Origin: Camelus dromedarius | Lineage: Eukaryota | Assembly: GCF_036321535.1 (NCBI RefSeq) | Contig: NC_087436.1 | Span: 81,656,001-81,720,000, forward strand | DNA: 64,000 nt | Direction: 5' to 3' | In this document: positions 12,041 to 24,880 of the stretch, in pieces | How the letters are laid out: every line of letters starts with the position of its first letter | Numbering within the stretch: position 1 is the first letter of the stretch | Made by a program: the position numbers and the translations under genes | The notes under the pieces: model-generated | Seen by the model: only the letters and a program-made list of their open reading frames with translations | What the model was told of the DNA's origin: nothing | Database searches by the model: none

Positions 12041-12073
12041 GGGTCCCGCCTGGACCCCAGAGATTATTTGCAT
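12041..12073. promoter_or_regulatory. GC-box-like element and POU octamer upstream of the putative first exon
   Basis: GGGTCC-CGCCT-GGACCC (6-bp inverted repeat overlapping CCCGCC) at 12041-12057, and ATTTGCAT at 12066-12073. Confidence 0.4.
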
Positions 12074-12779
12074 AGCACAATTTCTCTTCTCTGGCTCCTT
12101 GTCTTTCATAAAAATCCTAAATAAATACCCACTAAAAAAAAAACTCAACAAAGACTCTTAGATTGCAGTTTGAATGTGGAAAGAAAGTAATGATAATCTG
12201 AGTTCACAAATCAGAACTCTTTTTTTTTTAATTGGGATAATTCTTTAGAAAACAGATACAAATTGCATTATTACTATTTGGGGAAGATATCTCAATTTTA
12301 CTTAAGTAATTTGCCCTGCTTTTGACTGTTAGAGTATATTTTTAAGTTTCCATACAATTTTAACACCTATTTTCTAGAATGAGAGCAGTTAACTGTGTCC
12401 ACAATTTTTTTAATTATTAAATTTTTTCAACCTTTAAAAAATATTCTTTACACAAGGAAAAATTTCAATATATATTTGGCCTAACCAGCTTCAGCCCTTG
12501 GGATTCTCAAGTTACATAATCGAACCAAATTCCTTTTTTGCTTTAACAACTTTAAGGTGGGTTTCTGTCTATTGCAACCAAATAGGACTGAGTTTTATAT
12601 CATTCTACGTTATGTTTTAGATCTAGCATGCCTAATGAATGAGGAGCTTCCTCCGTATGTTAACAGGAAGCATACAACATGCAACAGATATACAAGATAT
12701 ACCACTATAAACCAAGCAGTGATGACAGACACTGAAACACATCATAAAACTGTACAGGACCACATCAGGTTTTGTGTTC

Positions 12780-12781
<2 letters not shown>

Positions 12782-12820
<39 letters not shown>
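12782..12820. repeat. (GCT)13 trinucleotide repeat, reading (CAG)n on the MAPK10 strand
   Basis: 13 uninterrupted units. Confidence 0.97.
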
Positions 12821-13059
12821 ATTTTTTTTAAGGAGGGAATCTAGGGGGAAAAGTCCTGCATGAGTTTTCTGTCATTTTCATCCATTGGGCAAGTTTTTGG
12901 ATGTTGCTTTAATTTCGAGTTCAACCAGAAACAGTTGATTATTAACTTGTAGTCTTGGCAATGGGCGTATCTATAAGACAACTGTGTCTCAAGCAAAAAT
13001 ACGTATTGATTAGCCAAACAACTGGCATTCAAGATTTTAAGTTACTTTAAGTTTTGATA

Positions 13060-14020
13060 TCAAAAGTCAATTCCCAATAACTGGATATCAATGAGGAAAA
13101 AAGAATTTTAACTCTTACCTCACATTGGAAACACAAAAATTAATTCAAGATAAATTATACACTGAAACACACAAGCTAAAATCTATAAAGCTGTTAGAAT
13201 AAAATGTACCTTTTAGAAGAAAAACATAGCTTTCTGTTCCTGGAATAGGCAAAGATTTCTTTGGACACAGAAAGCACTCACCATAATAGAAAAAGAAAAA
13301 TAGACTTGATGAAAATTAAAAGCTTCCACTTACCCAAAGTCACCATCAAAGAAAACAGACAGCCACAAACTAGAAGAAAATGCTCTTGATACATACACCT
13401 GAAAATCTTCTTGATATACACAAATTCTAGGTTACACAAAAATATTCTACAACCCAATAATAAAAACAAACAATTTTGTTTAGTGAGCAAAAGTCTTCAG
13501 CAGGCACTTGACAAAGGAAGATATATAAATGGTTGATAAGTATATAAAAAAGTATTCAACATCACTGGTCATCAGTGAAAGACAAACTAAAACTGCAGTG
13601 AATGCCACCTCCACCAAAATGGCTAAAACTGGAAACACTAACAACACTAAATATTGAGTAGGATATGGAGAAACCAAAACTCTCCTACATCGCTGGTGGG
13701 AGTATAAAATGATAAAACTACTTTGGGAAATGATCTGGCAGGTTTTTTACATGATAAACATATACCTACAGTATGACTCAACAATTCTGTTCACAGATAG
13801 TCAGCTAAGAGAATAGAAACATATGTCCACAAAAAAAAAAGTTATATATAAATGTTTATGACAGCTTTATTTATAATTGGTAAAAATCAGAAACAACTCA
13901 AAGTGTATTAACAGAAGAATGGATAAGCAAAGTATGGAATATTCATATAGTAGAATACTAGTTACCAATAAAAATAGAATGACAACTATGAATAGGCTAA
14001 AGTCAATCATTTTCTTCCAT
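13060..14020 (+). mobile_element. Old L1 (L1M-type) ORF2 3' part
   Basis: Degenerate L1 ORF2 motifs including ataggcaaagatttc, acaaaggaagatatataaatgg and gctggtgggagtataaaatg. Confidence 0.8.
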
Positions 14021-14140
14021 CAGGTGTTAACTCTTGATGGCACAAGTCACAAAGGGTGGCAGATGCTAACATTGCACTGGGCTGTATTTTACAATTTAGG
14101 GTTTTAATTCTCAACCTACTCACTTCAGTAATATTTAGAT

Positions 14141-14274
14141 TCACAGCGAAAAACAGAATGTGACAATGAATATATGTATGTTCACGTATAACTGAATAAT
14201 TGTGCTCTACACTGGAATTTGACACAACATTGTAAAATGACTATAACTCAATAAAAAATGTAAAAAATAAAAAA
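14141..14274 (+). mobile_element. Short 5'-truncated L1 3' end with TSD
   Basis: L1 terminus ...gacacaacattgtaaaatgactataactcaataaaaaa. TSD TAATATTTAGAT at 14129-14140 and 14275-14286. Confidence 0.85.
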
Positions 14275-14432
14275 TAATATTTAGATGATTCAAATGGTCT
14301 TTTAAGTTTGTTTTATACACTATGGAAAAATTAACTTACTAAAATTAGACCATTTAATATAAATTAGTTTTAAAAAAATCAACAAATCAACACCTAAATA
14401 GATCACATTCCTTACTGGATAAAACCAAACTC

Positions 14433-15220
14433 TGGAGAGGGTGTGGAGAAAAGGGAACCCTCCTACACTGTTGGTGGGAATGTGGTTTGGTGCAGCCATT
14501 ATGGAAAACAGTATGGAGATTCCTTAAAAAACTAAAAATAGACTTACCATATGATCTAGCAGTCCCACTCCTAGGCATATATCTGGAGGGAACCTTAATT
14601 CAAAAAGATACATGCAACCCAATGTTCATAGCAGCACTATATACAATAGCCAAGACATGGAAACAACCTAAATGTCCATCAGCAGAGGACTGATAAAGAA
14701 GTTGTAGTATATTTATACAGTAGAATACTATTCAGCCATAAAAAAGAATAAAATAATGCCATGTGCAGCAACATGGATGGACCTGGAGATTGTTATTCTA
14801 AGTGAAGTAAGCCAAGAAGAGAAAGAAAAATATCATATATTATCACTTATATGTAGAATCTAAAAAAAAGGGGGGGCACAAATGAACTTATTTACAAAAC
14901 AGAAATAGACTCACAGACAAAGAAAACAAACTTATGGTTACCAGTGGGGAAGGGAGGTGGGAAGAGATAAACTGGGAGTTTGAGATTTGCAGGTACTAAC
15001 TAATATACATAAAATAGATAAACAACAAGTTTCTACTGTAATATCTTATAGTAACCTATAACAAAAAAGAATATGAAAATGAATATATGCATGTATATGT
15101 ATGACTGAAGCATTATACTATATACCAGAAATTGATGAAACATTGTAAATTGATATATATATACAATAAATATATATATACAAAAAAATAAAGTTTTGAA
15201 ACTCCAAATTAAAAAATAAA
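14433..15220 (+). mobile_element. Young L1: ORF2 C-terminus, 3'UTR and A-rich tail
   Basis: ORF 14487-14693 ([22 protein letters not shown]...) is the L1 ORF2 C-terminal region. Confidence 0.95.
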
Positions 15221-15317
15221 TAAAATAGATAAACCAGTTCACACGGTACAGCACAAGGAAATATATACAATGTCTTGTGGTAACTTATGGTGTCCCTTAT
15301 CAATATTGGTCCCAGAG

Positions 15318-15418
15318 TAGGGTCCCCAACTAGTCTTCATTCACCAGGGATTTCCCAGCAAGTCCCACATCCCAGGAAACCCCTTAGTCCCAGGCAAATT
15401 GGGAAGGCTGACACCCTA
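15318..15418. mobile_element. hAT-Blackjack MITE (MER81-like) with 8-bp TSD
   Basis: Terminal inverted repeats TAGGGT...ACCCTA. TSD TCCCAGAG at 15310-15317 and 15419-15426. Confidence 0.85.
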
Positions 15419-16094
15419 TCCCAGAGTCTAGAATGGACTTCAGCCCTCAGATGAGAATTAAAGGTCTCAGCTGCAAAAAAAAAAAAAAAAAAAGAGAGTT
15501 ACAGAAGTCCAAGAGTTCACTATAACAGTGATGTTGTCATAAAGGAATGTCACCTAGCTACACTTTCAACAGTTAGATATCTGGGTTATAAATTAGGATA
15601 GTTGGTAAGAGGGTACAAATGGTTTAATAAACATAAACAAGATTATGAAGGATAAATCAATGAATTTGGTGAGTGAACGGATATGAAGGGAATTCAGAGA
15701 GTCAGCATTGACTTGGATTCACTTTCATTTCAAGATATATAATAATGCTTCTCTCAGAAAGTCAGTCATGTATCTTTCATGACACTTCCACTTGAGGAAC
15801 ACTTGTCACAAAACAATTCCATAATTTAAAATTCTCAGATATGTTGCAAACAATAACTCCCTTTTGAAAAGTCATATTGCATATCACTAAATTAAAAGCA
15901 CTAAGAAAACTTAAGGGTAAAAATAACTATTTAAGTTTCTTAAAAGTAAATCAAAACTTATATCTCAACTTTTCAAATGTAATTTTTAATCAATATGTTT
16001 CATCATTCTATTTGGATAGGAAACACATGACCAACAGTTTACTATGGCCATAATAATCTTCAGTGGAGTAAACTTAAAATATTAATGGTTCCTC

Positions 16095-16810
16095 ACATGG
16101 TACAATCCCATTTCTGGGTATTTATCTGAAGAAAACAAAAACACTAACTTGAAAAGATATCTGCACTCCCAAGTTCATTGCAGCATTATTTACAACAGCC
16201 GAGATATGGAAGCAACCTAAGTGTCCACCAGTAAGTGAATGAATAAAGAAGATATGGTGTCGGTGTGTGTATGTGTGTGTGCACACAATGGAATATTATT
16301 GAGCCATAAAAAGAATGAAATCTTGCGGTTTGTGACAACATGGATGGACCTTAAGGGCATTATGCTAAGCAAAATAAGTTAGAGAAAAATGAATACATAT
16401 GATCTTACTTACATGTAGAATCTAAAACAAACAAACAAAAAAAGCTCATACAGAGAATAGATTAGTGATTGCCAAAGGTTGGGTGGGGGGAGGGTGAAAT
16501 GGGTGAAAGAGATCAAAACACACAAACTTCTAGTTATAAAGTAAATAAGTCATGGGGGATGTAATGTACTGCCTGGCAACTATAGTTAATAATACTGTAT
16601 TGCATATTTGAGAGTTGCTGAGAAACCTATCTTAAAAGTTCTCATCACAAGAAAAAAAAATTCTGTAATTATGTGTGGTGACAGATGTTGGCTTGATTTA
16701 TTGTGATTTATGATTTCACAATATATACAGGTGTCAAATCACTGTGTGTACACCTGCAACTAATGTAATATTGTAAGTAAATTATACTCAATTAAAAAAG
16801 AAAGTAAAAT
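16095..16810 (+). mobile_element. L1 (L1MA-like) 3' end
   Basis: caatcccatttctgggtattta...gcagcattatttacaacagcc...ttaaaagttctcatcacaag, followed by an A-rich tail. Confidence 0.9.
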
Positions 16811-17139
16811 AAACCACTAGTGGTTTCTAATAAGAATAAATTTGGTGACCTTTCAATGTCATAGAAGAGAAGGGATCTACCTCTGCACTCCCTTTTCTTT
16901 TTAATTAACATATTTTATTTTTTAGAGCAATTTTAGCTTTATGAGAAGACTGAGCAGAAAAGTACAGAGAATTCCCATATACCCAGCTCCCCTACCCACA
17001 CAAAGTTTCCCCTATTATTAACATCTTGAATCAGTGCAGTAAATTTGTTACAATTGATGAACAACTATTGATACATTATCATTAACTAAAATCCATAATT
17101 TATATTAGGGTTCACTCTGTATTATACAATTTTATGGGA

Positions 17140-18518
17140 GTTTTTTATTGAAGTATAGTAGGTTTACAATGTTGTGTCAATTTCTGGTGTACAGCATAAT
17201 AGTTCAATCATACATATACATACACATATTTATTTTCATATTCTTTTTCATTATAGGTTACTGTAAGATACTGAATATAGTTCCCTGTGCTATACAGTAG
17301 AAACTTGTTGTTTGTCTATTTTATATATAGTAGTTAGAATCTGCACGTTTCAAACTCCCAATTTATCCCTTCCCACACCCCTTACCCCTCAGTAACCATA
17401 AGTTTGTTTTCTACGTCTGTGAGTCTATTTTTGTTTTGTAAACAAATTCACTTATGTCCTTTTTTTTTTAATTCCACATATAAGTGATAACATAGGGTAC
17501 TTTTCTTCCTCTTCTTGGCTTACTTCACTTAGAATAACAATCTCCAGGTCCATCCATGTTGCTGCACATGGCATTATTTTATTCTTTTTTATGGTTGAGT
17601 AGTATTCCACTGTATAAATATACCACAACTGCTTTATCAGTCCTCTGCTGATGGACATTTAGGTTGTTTCCATGTCTTGGCTATTGTATATAGTGCTGCT
17701 ATGAACACTGGGGTGCATGTATCTTTTTGAATTAAGGTTCCCTCCAGATATATGCCTAGGAGTGGGATTGCTGGATCATATGGTAAGTCTATTTTTAGTT
17801 TTTTAAGGAATCTCCATACTGTTTTCCATAATGGCTGCACCAAACCACATTCCCACCAACAGTGTAGGAGGGTTCCCTTTTCTCCACACCCTCCCTAGCA
17901 TTTGTGGACTTTTTCATGATGGCCGTTCTGATTGGCATGAGGTGATTCCTCACTGTAGTTTTGATTTGCATTTCTCTAATAATTAGCAATATTGAGCATT
18001 TTTTCATGCACCTATTGGCCATTTGCATGTCTTTATTGGAGAATTGCTTGTTTAGGTCTTCTGCCCATTTTTGGATTGGGTTATTTGCTTTTTTGTTGTT
18101 AAGTTGTATGAGCTGTTTATATATTCTGAAAATTAAATCCTTGTCAGTCTCATCTTTTACAAATCCTTTCTCCCATTCCCACAGGTTGTCTTTTTGTTTT
18201 GTTATGCTTATGGTTTCCTTTGCTCTGCAAAAGCTTATTTAGGTCCCATTTGTTTATTTTTGCTTTTTTTTTCTATTGCCTAAGTAGACTGCCCTGGGAG
18301 AACATTGCTAAGATTTACATCAGATAATGTTTTGCCTATGTTTTCTTCTAAGAGGTTTATAGTGTCTTGTCTTATGCTTAAGTCTTTAAGCCATTTTGAG
18401 TTTATTTTCGTGTATGGTGTGAAAGAGTGTTCTAGTTTCATTGATTTACATGCAGCTGTCCAGTTTTCCCAACACCATTTGCAGAAGAGACTGTCTTTAC
18501 TCCATTGTATATTCTTTG
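17140..18518 (-). mobile_element. Young L1, about 1.4 kb (ORF2 C-terminus plus 3'UTR), next to an older minus-strand L1 fragment at about 16893-17135
   Basis: Minus-strand ORFs 17452-17658, 17637-17843, 17795-18028 and 18280-18522 are frameshifted pieces of L1 ORF2. Confidence 0.95.
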
Positions 18519-19274
18519 ACAATTGTATAATGTCATGTTATACTGACTTTTAATTTTCTTCTTGCTTAGGAATCAATTGTACATTCAGGAAACAATTGTA
18601 TTCACATCTAAAGAAAGTAAATAAAATTGGCCTGCTGAAAGTTTTTCCTAGTGGACAGAGCACTACTGTTAGAATTCAATGGTAGAAAATGTACTTTGAG
18701 CTAACTTTTATTAAGCTTAGAAAAGCATTGATTTTTTTCCCACTGGGAACACCCATAACTAGCCAAATTATGTCCCTCTGTGGTTAAGCAAATTTTGATT
18801 GTAAGTGCAGAATATCTGCTGCTTGGAAAATCGTAGTTATACACAGCTTTTCAGTATCCTGGTAGACTTTTGAAATCACGGATTTAGTTTACAATAATTA
18901 TGGAGGGAAAATTCTATTTAAAAATAATATCAAAGTAGCTCTAGCTTCCTCAGGTAGCAACAGCTTAAAAAAATCTAATTAGAGTATTTGTCTTTTGAAC
19001 AAAGATACTAATAGAAAACTGCCTTTTCTTAGATCCCAGCATAAGCTGGTGCATGAGATAAAGAAACAGTCATTCTTGCCAGACATCCTCAGGTTTATCC
19101 ACCCTTCAATCGATGCACATATGCAGCAATTTCAATTTTCCTTATCCTTGCTTTACTGCAGTGTCCCAGAAGCGTGACAAAAGCATGGAGATATGATGGA
19201 TTATATTTGTTTGGCCTAGAAATTCTGCTTCTTACCACTCTGCAGCAATTCATATCTTCATGAAAAGGACTAGT

Positions 19275-19765
19275 CTTTTTTCAGCTTTATTGAGGTATAA
19301 TTAACAAATAAGGTTGTAAGATATTTAAGGTGTACAACATGATGATTTGATAGATGCATACACTATAAAATGATTCTCCCCATTGAGTTAATTATCACAC
19401 CCACCACCTCACATGTATCTACCTATTTTTTTGCATGAGAACATTTAAGATCTACTCTCTTCACAAATTTCTACTATACAAATACAGTGTTATCAACTAC
19501 AGTCAGCATGTTATACATGAGATCCTCGGAACTTAATCATCTTATAACGGAAAGTGTGTACCTTTTACCAACCCCTCCCTATTTCTCCCACTCCCTAGCC
19601 TCTGACAACCACTTTTCTGCTGTCTATTTCTGTAAGTTCACTTTTTTTTTCAGGTTCCACATATAAGTGACATCAAGTAGTATTTGTCTTTCTCTGTCTG
19701 GCTTGTTTCACTCAGCATAATGCCCTCAAGGTCCATCCATGCTGTCACAAATGGCAGCATTTCTA
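19275..19765 (-). mobile_element. L1 3' end
   Basis: ORF 19650-19841 ends ...FVTAWMDLEGIMLSETSQTEKDKYYLMSLICGT, the ORF2 terminus. Confidence 0.9.
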
Positions 19766-20631
19766 AAAAGGCTATTCTCACCACTGACTTTGACTTGCCA
19801 TAATCGCACTCAAAAGGCAAACAGTCACGGAGGCAGACCAAGAGACAAAATGCGAGCCCAAACTTTCGTAATTAAATTTAAAATAAAAGGTTAATAGTGT
19901 TCTTTTTCTAAATATAGATCCTCTATCACCACGAAATGAAATTTCCTAATATTAGAGAGCCTATTTTTAAACATTGATAGGAGAAGATTTTTCCAATCAC
20001 CAAATTAGTGAATTTTAGGTCTGTGCAATAGAACAATAGAATACGTAACAGTAATGTACGGGGATAGTATCCTAACAATCAAAAGAGCAGTAATTAGTTA
20101 ATGATATAATAGAGAATTTGATATACTTGGTCTTATATTTTTGAACCAAATAATCATCAGCATTAACTTGGATGTACAGCTTATGCCTGCTAGATTTTCA
20201 AATTATTCACAAAAAAATTCTGAGTATCCTAAGCATGCCATTTGACCTTTTTTGAAATGTTATATTCAAGAGGGAGACAAGGAAATAGGAATCTAATTTT
20301 GAAAATTGTCTAAATTCATGAAGATATAGCAATGATGATATTATAAATTCAATGAACATCTTGTGTATGCACAGGACATTTTTAAAATTACAAAAATAAT
20401 GTATAAATACTTTTAAAGCTTATTTGAAATATTGGATAGTGGAAAGAATACTGGACTCACCAACAGATTTTGTTTAAATCTATGGTTCAAACAACCTTCC
20501 TGTTTCCTGCCTGTGACTTAGCCAGACCATGCAGCCTCTCCATTTCTTAATTTAGGCATTGACATAATGGGTGTAACAACATTCCCTTCACAGAATTTTT
20601 GTGAGAATCAAATTAAATAATGTATATGACA

Positions 20632-20732
20632 ATGAAAACAAATATATGTATGTATATGCATGACTGAGACATTGTGCTGTACACCAGAAATTGACACACT
20701 GCAACTGACAGTACTTCAATAAAAAAATTTTT
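20632..20732 (+). mobile_element. Short L1 3' end with 14-bp TSD, inserted in a MIR (about 20440-20790)
   Basis: TSD TAATGTATATGACA at 20618-20631 and 20733-20746. Confidence 0.85.
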
Positions 20733-22107
20733 TAATGTATATGACAGTGCCTGGTGCAACACTTAATACATGATAGTCAATAAATATTGAATATTCAACT
20801 GAATCTATTGGCAGTAAGAAAGATGTAAACCACACTTAAATTTAAATTTCCCGGTATAACTTTGTAAGCTATGAACATGGTCCAGTGTCCCAGAAGCATT
20901 CACCTTGTATTGCTTAATAATGTTCTTAAAGTGTACACATAAGAGAAGGTGCAGTTGATCACATGCTGCTTGGCAGTGTTGAAGCAGCACTATGGAACTA
21001 ATAATAAACGTGAAGAAATTTGAAGCTACCTGCAAGTCTACACTGAGACACTATTCAGGACATCAGCAATTCTAACTGGAAATTTCCCAGAGAAAATTCA
21101 GCTACTTGGTCAGAAGAGATGCAGAGATATACTCTTTCTTAAGAAACAGAGAACCCAATCAAGAAAACTAAGCCAAAAATAGTACAGCTGCTGGAACTAG
21201 ATGACATTCCTATAATTTAATTAAAATCAATTTAATTAGCAAACCATGGAGCAGCATATAAGTACAAAACACTGTGCTGAAGATTTGGAAAAGAAGTGTG
21301 ACATGGTACTCATTAAAGAAAAAGCCCATGGTTTTATTGCAGAGTCAAGATTGGCCCACTAGAGAAAAAAAAATCTGTAATAAGTCCTTAAACATAGGAT
21401 TAAATGATGAATTCTCTAGTTTGGAGAGGGAAGACCTTAACATGGGCATCCATGCTGAAAACATGGATGTCAAATCCTGTATATGCTGAGAAGCAGCATG
21501 GTCCAATAAAAATGGAGACCTCAGTTCTAATTCCACTATGACTAACAACCCAGGAGACATTGGGCAGGCAGTTGATGTTTCAGTTTCTCCACTTATAAAA
21601 TGCAGGGTCTACATTACATGATAACTATAGTTCTGTAACAAAATGGAAGACAGTCTTAAGATGATTCTTGAGCAATGAATAGAATTTGGACAGTCAGGAA
21701 TTTAAGGAGAATGGCCCTAAAAGTGAAGAAAATCACATCATGTTTGGATGAGAGTAAAGACATAATACTTCCCTGGTTGAAGGGAGTAGGAAAGTAGTGG
21801 GAAAAATAGAAAACCTTCAACCAGATTGTCTTATGGGGCCAAAGATGCAAACTAAATATCTATATCATAAATGAAAATGTAAGGCAGACAAAACAGGATC
21901 CACTGCTGAAATCAGTTCTGGCTTTTGGGTTGTTTAATAAATATTACTTGACAATAATAAAGTCATAGTTGCTATCATTTTTATCATTGTTATCACCAAT
22001 ATCATCACAAACATATTTAATATTATTTTAACTACTATCTTTTGAGAACATACTCTGTCCCAGGCACTAGGCTAGATTTACAGATATGAGCTCCAATCTC
22101 ACAACAT

Positions 22108-22200
22108 CTTTTTTTTTTCCCATGGAGGTACTGAGGAATGAACCCAGGACCTAGCGCATGCTAAGCATGTGCTCTACCAATGAGCTACACCCACCCCCAC
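22108..22200 (-). mobile_element. Vic-1-type tRNA SINE
   Basis: polyT, then ggaggtactg...gaacccaggacc...gcatgctaagcatgtgctctacc. Imperfect TSD cacaacat/cacagcat. Confidence 0.85.
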
Positions 22201-22651
22201 CACAGCATTTCTTGATCGTTAACTCACTAACATTTATTGATCACCCACTATGTGCTTGGTCCCATGCTACATGACTATAGTCCTCATTATTAACCCATTA
22301 GGTAGGTAGGATTATTATCCCTACTTTATAGACAGAAAAACTAGGACTTAAAGTCATTTGTCCAGGATCATACAGCTAAAAGTTAGGTGCATCAGGATTC
22401 AAATTCACACGTATCTGACTGAAGTTCCTACACTGAGAGGCAAAGGGGGGGAAATGCTAATGAGCTTAAATTATAAAAGCAGCACCCCTCCAATAGGAAT
22501 GTCTCTGCACACACTCAGAGTGGGAGCACTGATGACACCCTGTTGTTCTTTCTGCCTTGTGTGGTGCCTATGGAGAACTGGCGGTCAGGGCAATACTTCC
22601 TGTGAGCAGAAGCAGAGAAGCCCCCAGATAGGAAAGCAGAAGAAGCCCTTC

Positions 22652-23432
22652 AAACTGAAAAGACAATTTTGCAAAGAGGAAATGAAGATGTCCAATAAAA
22701 AGATGTTCAACATTGCTAATCATCAGGGAAAAGCAAGTCAAAACCACTATAAGATCTCACCTCACACCTGTCAGATTGGCTATCATCAAAAAGAACACAA
22801 AGAACAAATTTTGGCAAGGATGTGGAGAAAAGGGAACCCTCCTATACTGTTGGTGGAAACGTAAACCAGTACAGCCACTGTAGAAAACAGTATGGAGACT
22901 TCTCATAAAACTAAAAATATAACTACATTACGACCCAGCAATTCCATTCCTAGGCATATATCCAAAAAAACCCCCACTAATTCAAAAAGATACATACACC
23001 CCAATGCTCATAGCAATGCTATTTACAATTGCCAAGGTATAGAAGTGTCCATCAACAGATGGATAAAGAAGATGTGGCATATATATAATGGAATGCTACT
23101 CAGCCATAAGAAAGAATGAAAATTTTGGCATTTGCAGCAACATGGATGGACTTGGAGGGCGTTATGCTAAGTGAAATAAGTCAGAGAAAGACAAAAACTG
23201 TAATGATATCACTTATATGTAGAATCTAAAGAATCCAACAAAAAGGAAGCAGACTCATAGATAAAGAAAACAAACTAGTGGTTACCAGTGGGGAGAGGGA
23301 AGTGGGAGGGGCAATATAGGGGTAGAGGATAAAAAAAGGGGTTATTATGGGATTATATGAAATAGTGTGTAAAACTTTTGAAAATTTCAAAGCACTATAG
23401 AATTTTTTTTAATTAAAAATTAATTTTTTAAA
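22652..23432 (+). mobile_element. L1 3' end with TSD
   Basis: ORF2 C-terminal DNA plus 3'UTR, flanked by AGAAGAAGCC(C/T)TTCAA on both sides. Confidence 0.9.
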
Positions 23433-24061
23433 AAGAAGAAGCCTTTCAAGGATGTAAAGTAACATAGCTTTTTAAAAACATGATATGGCTGTGAACTGCT
23501 GAGAAACAGCAGAGGCTAATGGAATCCCTGGTGTTCCCCTGCAAGGAATGTGACTGCTCTTTTCCAGCACAGGTTTTAGGCCAAGTGTGAATTCAAGAAA
23601 TAAAATTTCAATTCCTTCAAATAACTACAGTTCCTAAACTGAAAACCCCCTTCCCATATGCAGTGTGGAAAAAAAACTAGTAGCAGTCTTTCAAACACAG
23701 CTGTATACTTTAATTGAAGACATCATTTATAGAAATGAAATGCAATGGTGTTATGAATGCATGTATACACACACACAAATACAAACAAGAATTCATCCAG
23801 TCAGTAAACACTCATTGAGTATCTATTATACATGGTACAGACAAAAGTCTTCAGATATTGCTTCCGCTTTTTCAAGGAGCTCAATGTTTTACTAGACCTG
23901 GATTTGAATAATCATAAAGAGAGGTGCTTTTTTAATTGCTAAATCATTAGAGCAGTGGGAATAAAGCAATCAAAGTTTGGGGCAAAATAGATTATTCTTA
24001 GTTGGGGTGACTCAGGAAGACTTAGAAATGCACACTGTAAAATAACAGAAAATATACATTT

Positions 24062-24841
24062 TGTTGTCTGCCTCTCTCCCTGTTCCCCACCCTGTACCTG
24101 GCACAGAGCTCCTAAAAGTCTTGTCATTTCCTATGTGGTAAGAGTAGTAGGAGCATCTTTGGTTCTAATACGTGGTCTTTGGTCTTGGTTCCTGACACTG
24201 AGCTCCTAAATACCCTGGAATCCCTGAGTGTCGGAACAAACAATCTTTTGTTCTAATGAGGAAACTCTCAGTGGGGTCCTGGATAGTTTTGAGAGAGGGG
24301 CTGGTCACCAGAAAGATCAAGCCATAATTAGAAGCTTGGAACTTTCAGCCCCATCCTCCATACTCTGGGAAAGGAAGAGGGGCTGGAGATTAAGTTAATG
24401 AGCAATCATGCCTCTGTGAAGAGGCCTCCATAAAAACACCCAAAGTATGGCATTCAGAGAGCTTCCATTTACTGGTAAACAAGTGTTTCTCCGACTTCTG
24501 TGAGCTATTCTAGCAAATGACTGAATCCAAGGAGAGGGTCATAGGAACCTCTGACTTGTAGCCAAGGACAGAAGTCGTGGGGAACCTGGGGAACCTACTA
24601 CTAGCAACTGGTATCTGAAGTGCGGGCCAGTCTTGTGGGACTGAGCCCTCATCAGTGGGCTCTGCACTAATTCCGGTTCGTGTCAGAATCAAACTGAACT
24701 GCAGGATGGTGTCAGAGAATTGCTTGTGTGACGGAAAAACCCACACATTATCAGAAGTGATACCAATGCCACACAGAGCTACACCAGTAACTCACAACAA
24801 AGTGTTGTGAGTGCGAGTAGAGGAAAACAGACGTGTTTTCC

Positions 24842-24847
<6 letters not shown>
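24062..24847 (+). mobile_element. MER21-like ERVL solo LTR
   Basis: Starts tgttg and contains cctggcacagagctcctaaaa, ggtcaccagaaagatcaagcc, ggggctggagatt, gtgggactgagccct and gaaaaacccacaca. It ends in ca, running into a (CA)n tract. Confidence 0.75.

Positions 24848-24878
<31 letters not shown>
24845..24878. repeat. (CA)n microsatellite
   Basis: Direct reading of the sequence. Confidence 0.95.

Positions 24879-24880
<2 letters not shown>

Larger units (their letters stand above)
11581..12050 (-). other. MAPK10: Probable alternative first exon/internal promoter of MAPK10 (5' boundary uncertain)
   Basis: Donor CCTCTG|gtaggt at 11581/11580, about 5.6 kb upstream of the 115-nt exon. The sequence is repeat-free, higher in GC/CpG and dense in TF motifs. 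The spacing is similar to my recollection of human MAPK10 exon 1 to exon 2 (about 5 kb). Confidence 0.6.

Noticed and set aside
12557..12844. Poly-alanine ORF
   Set aside because: It is a by-product of the (GCT)13 repeat, with a GTG start and no other coding signal.
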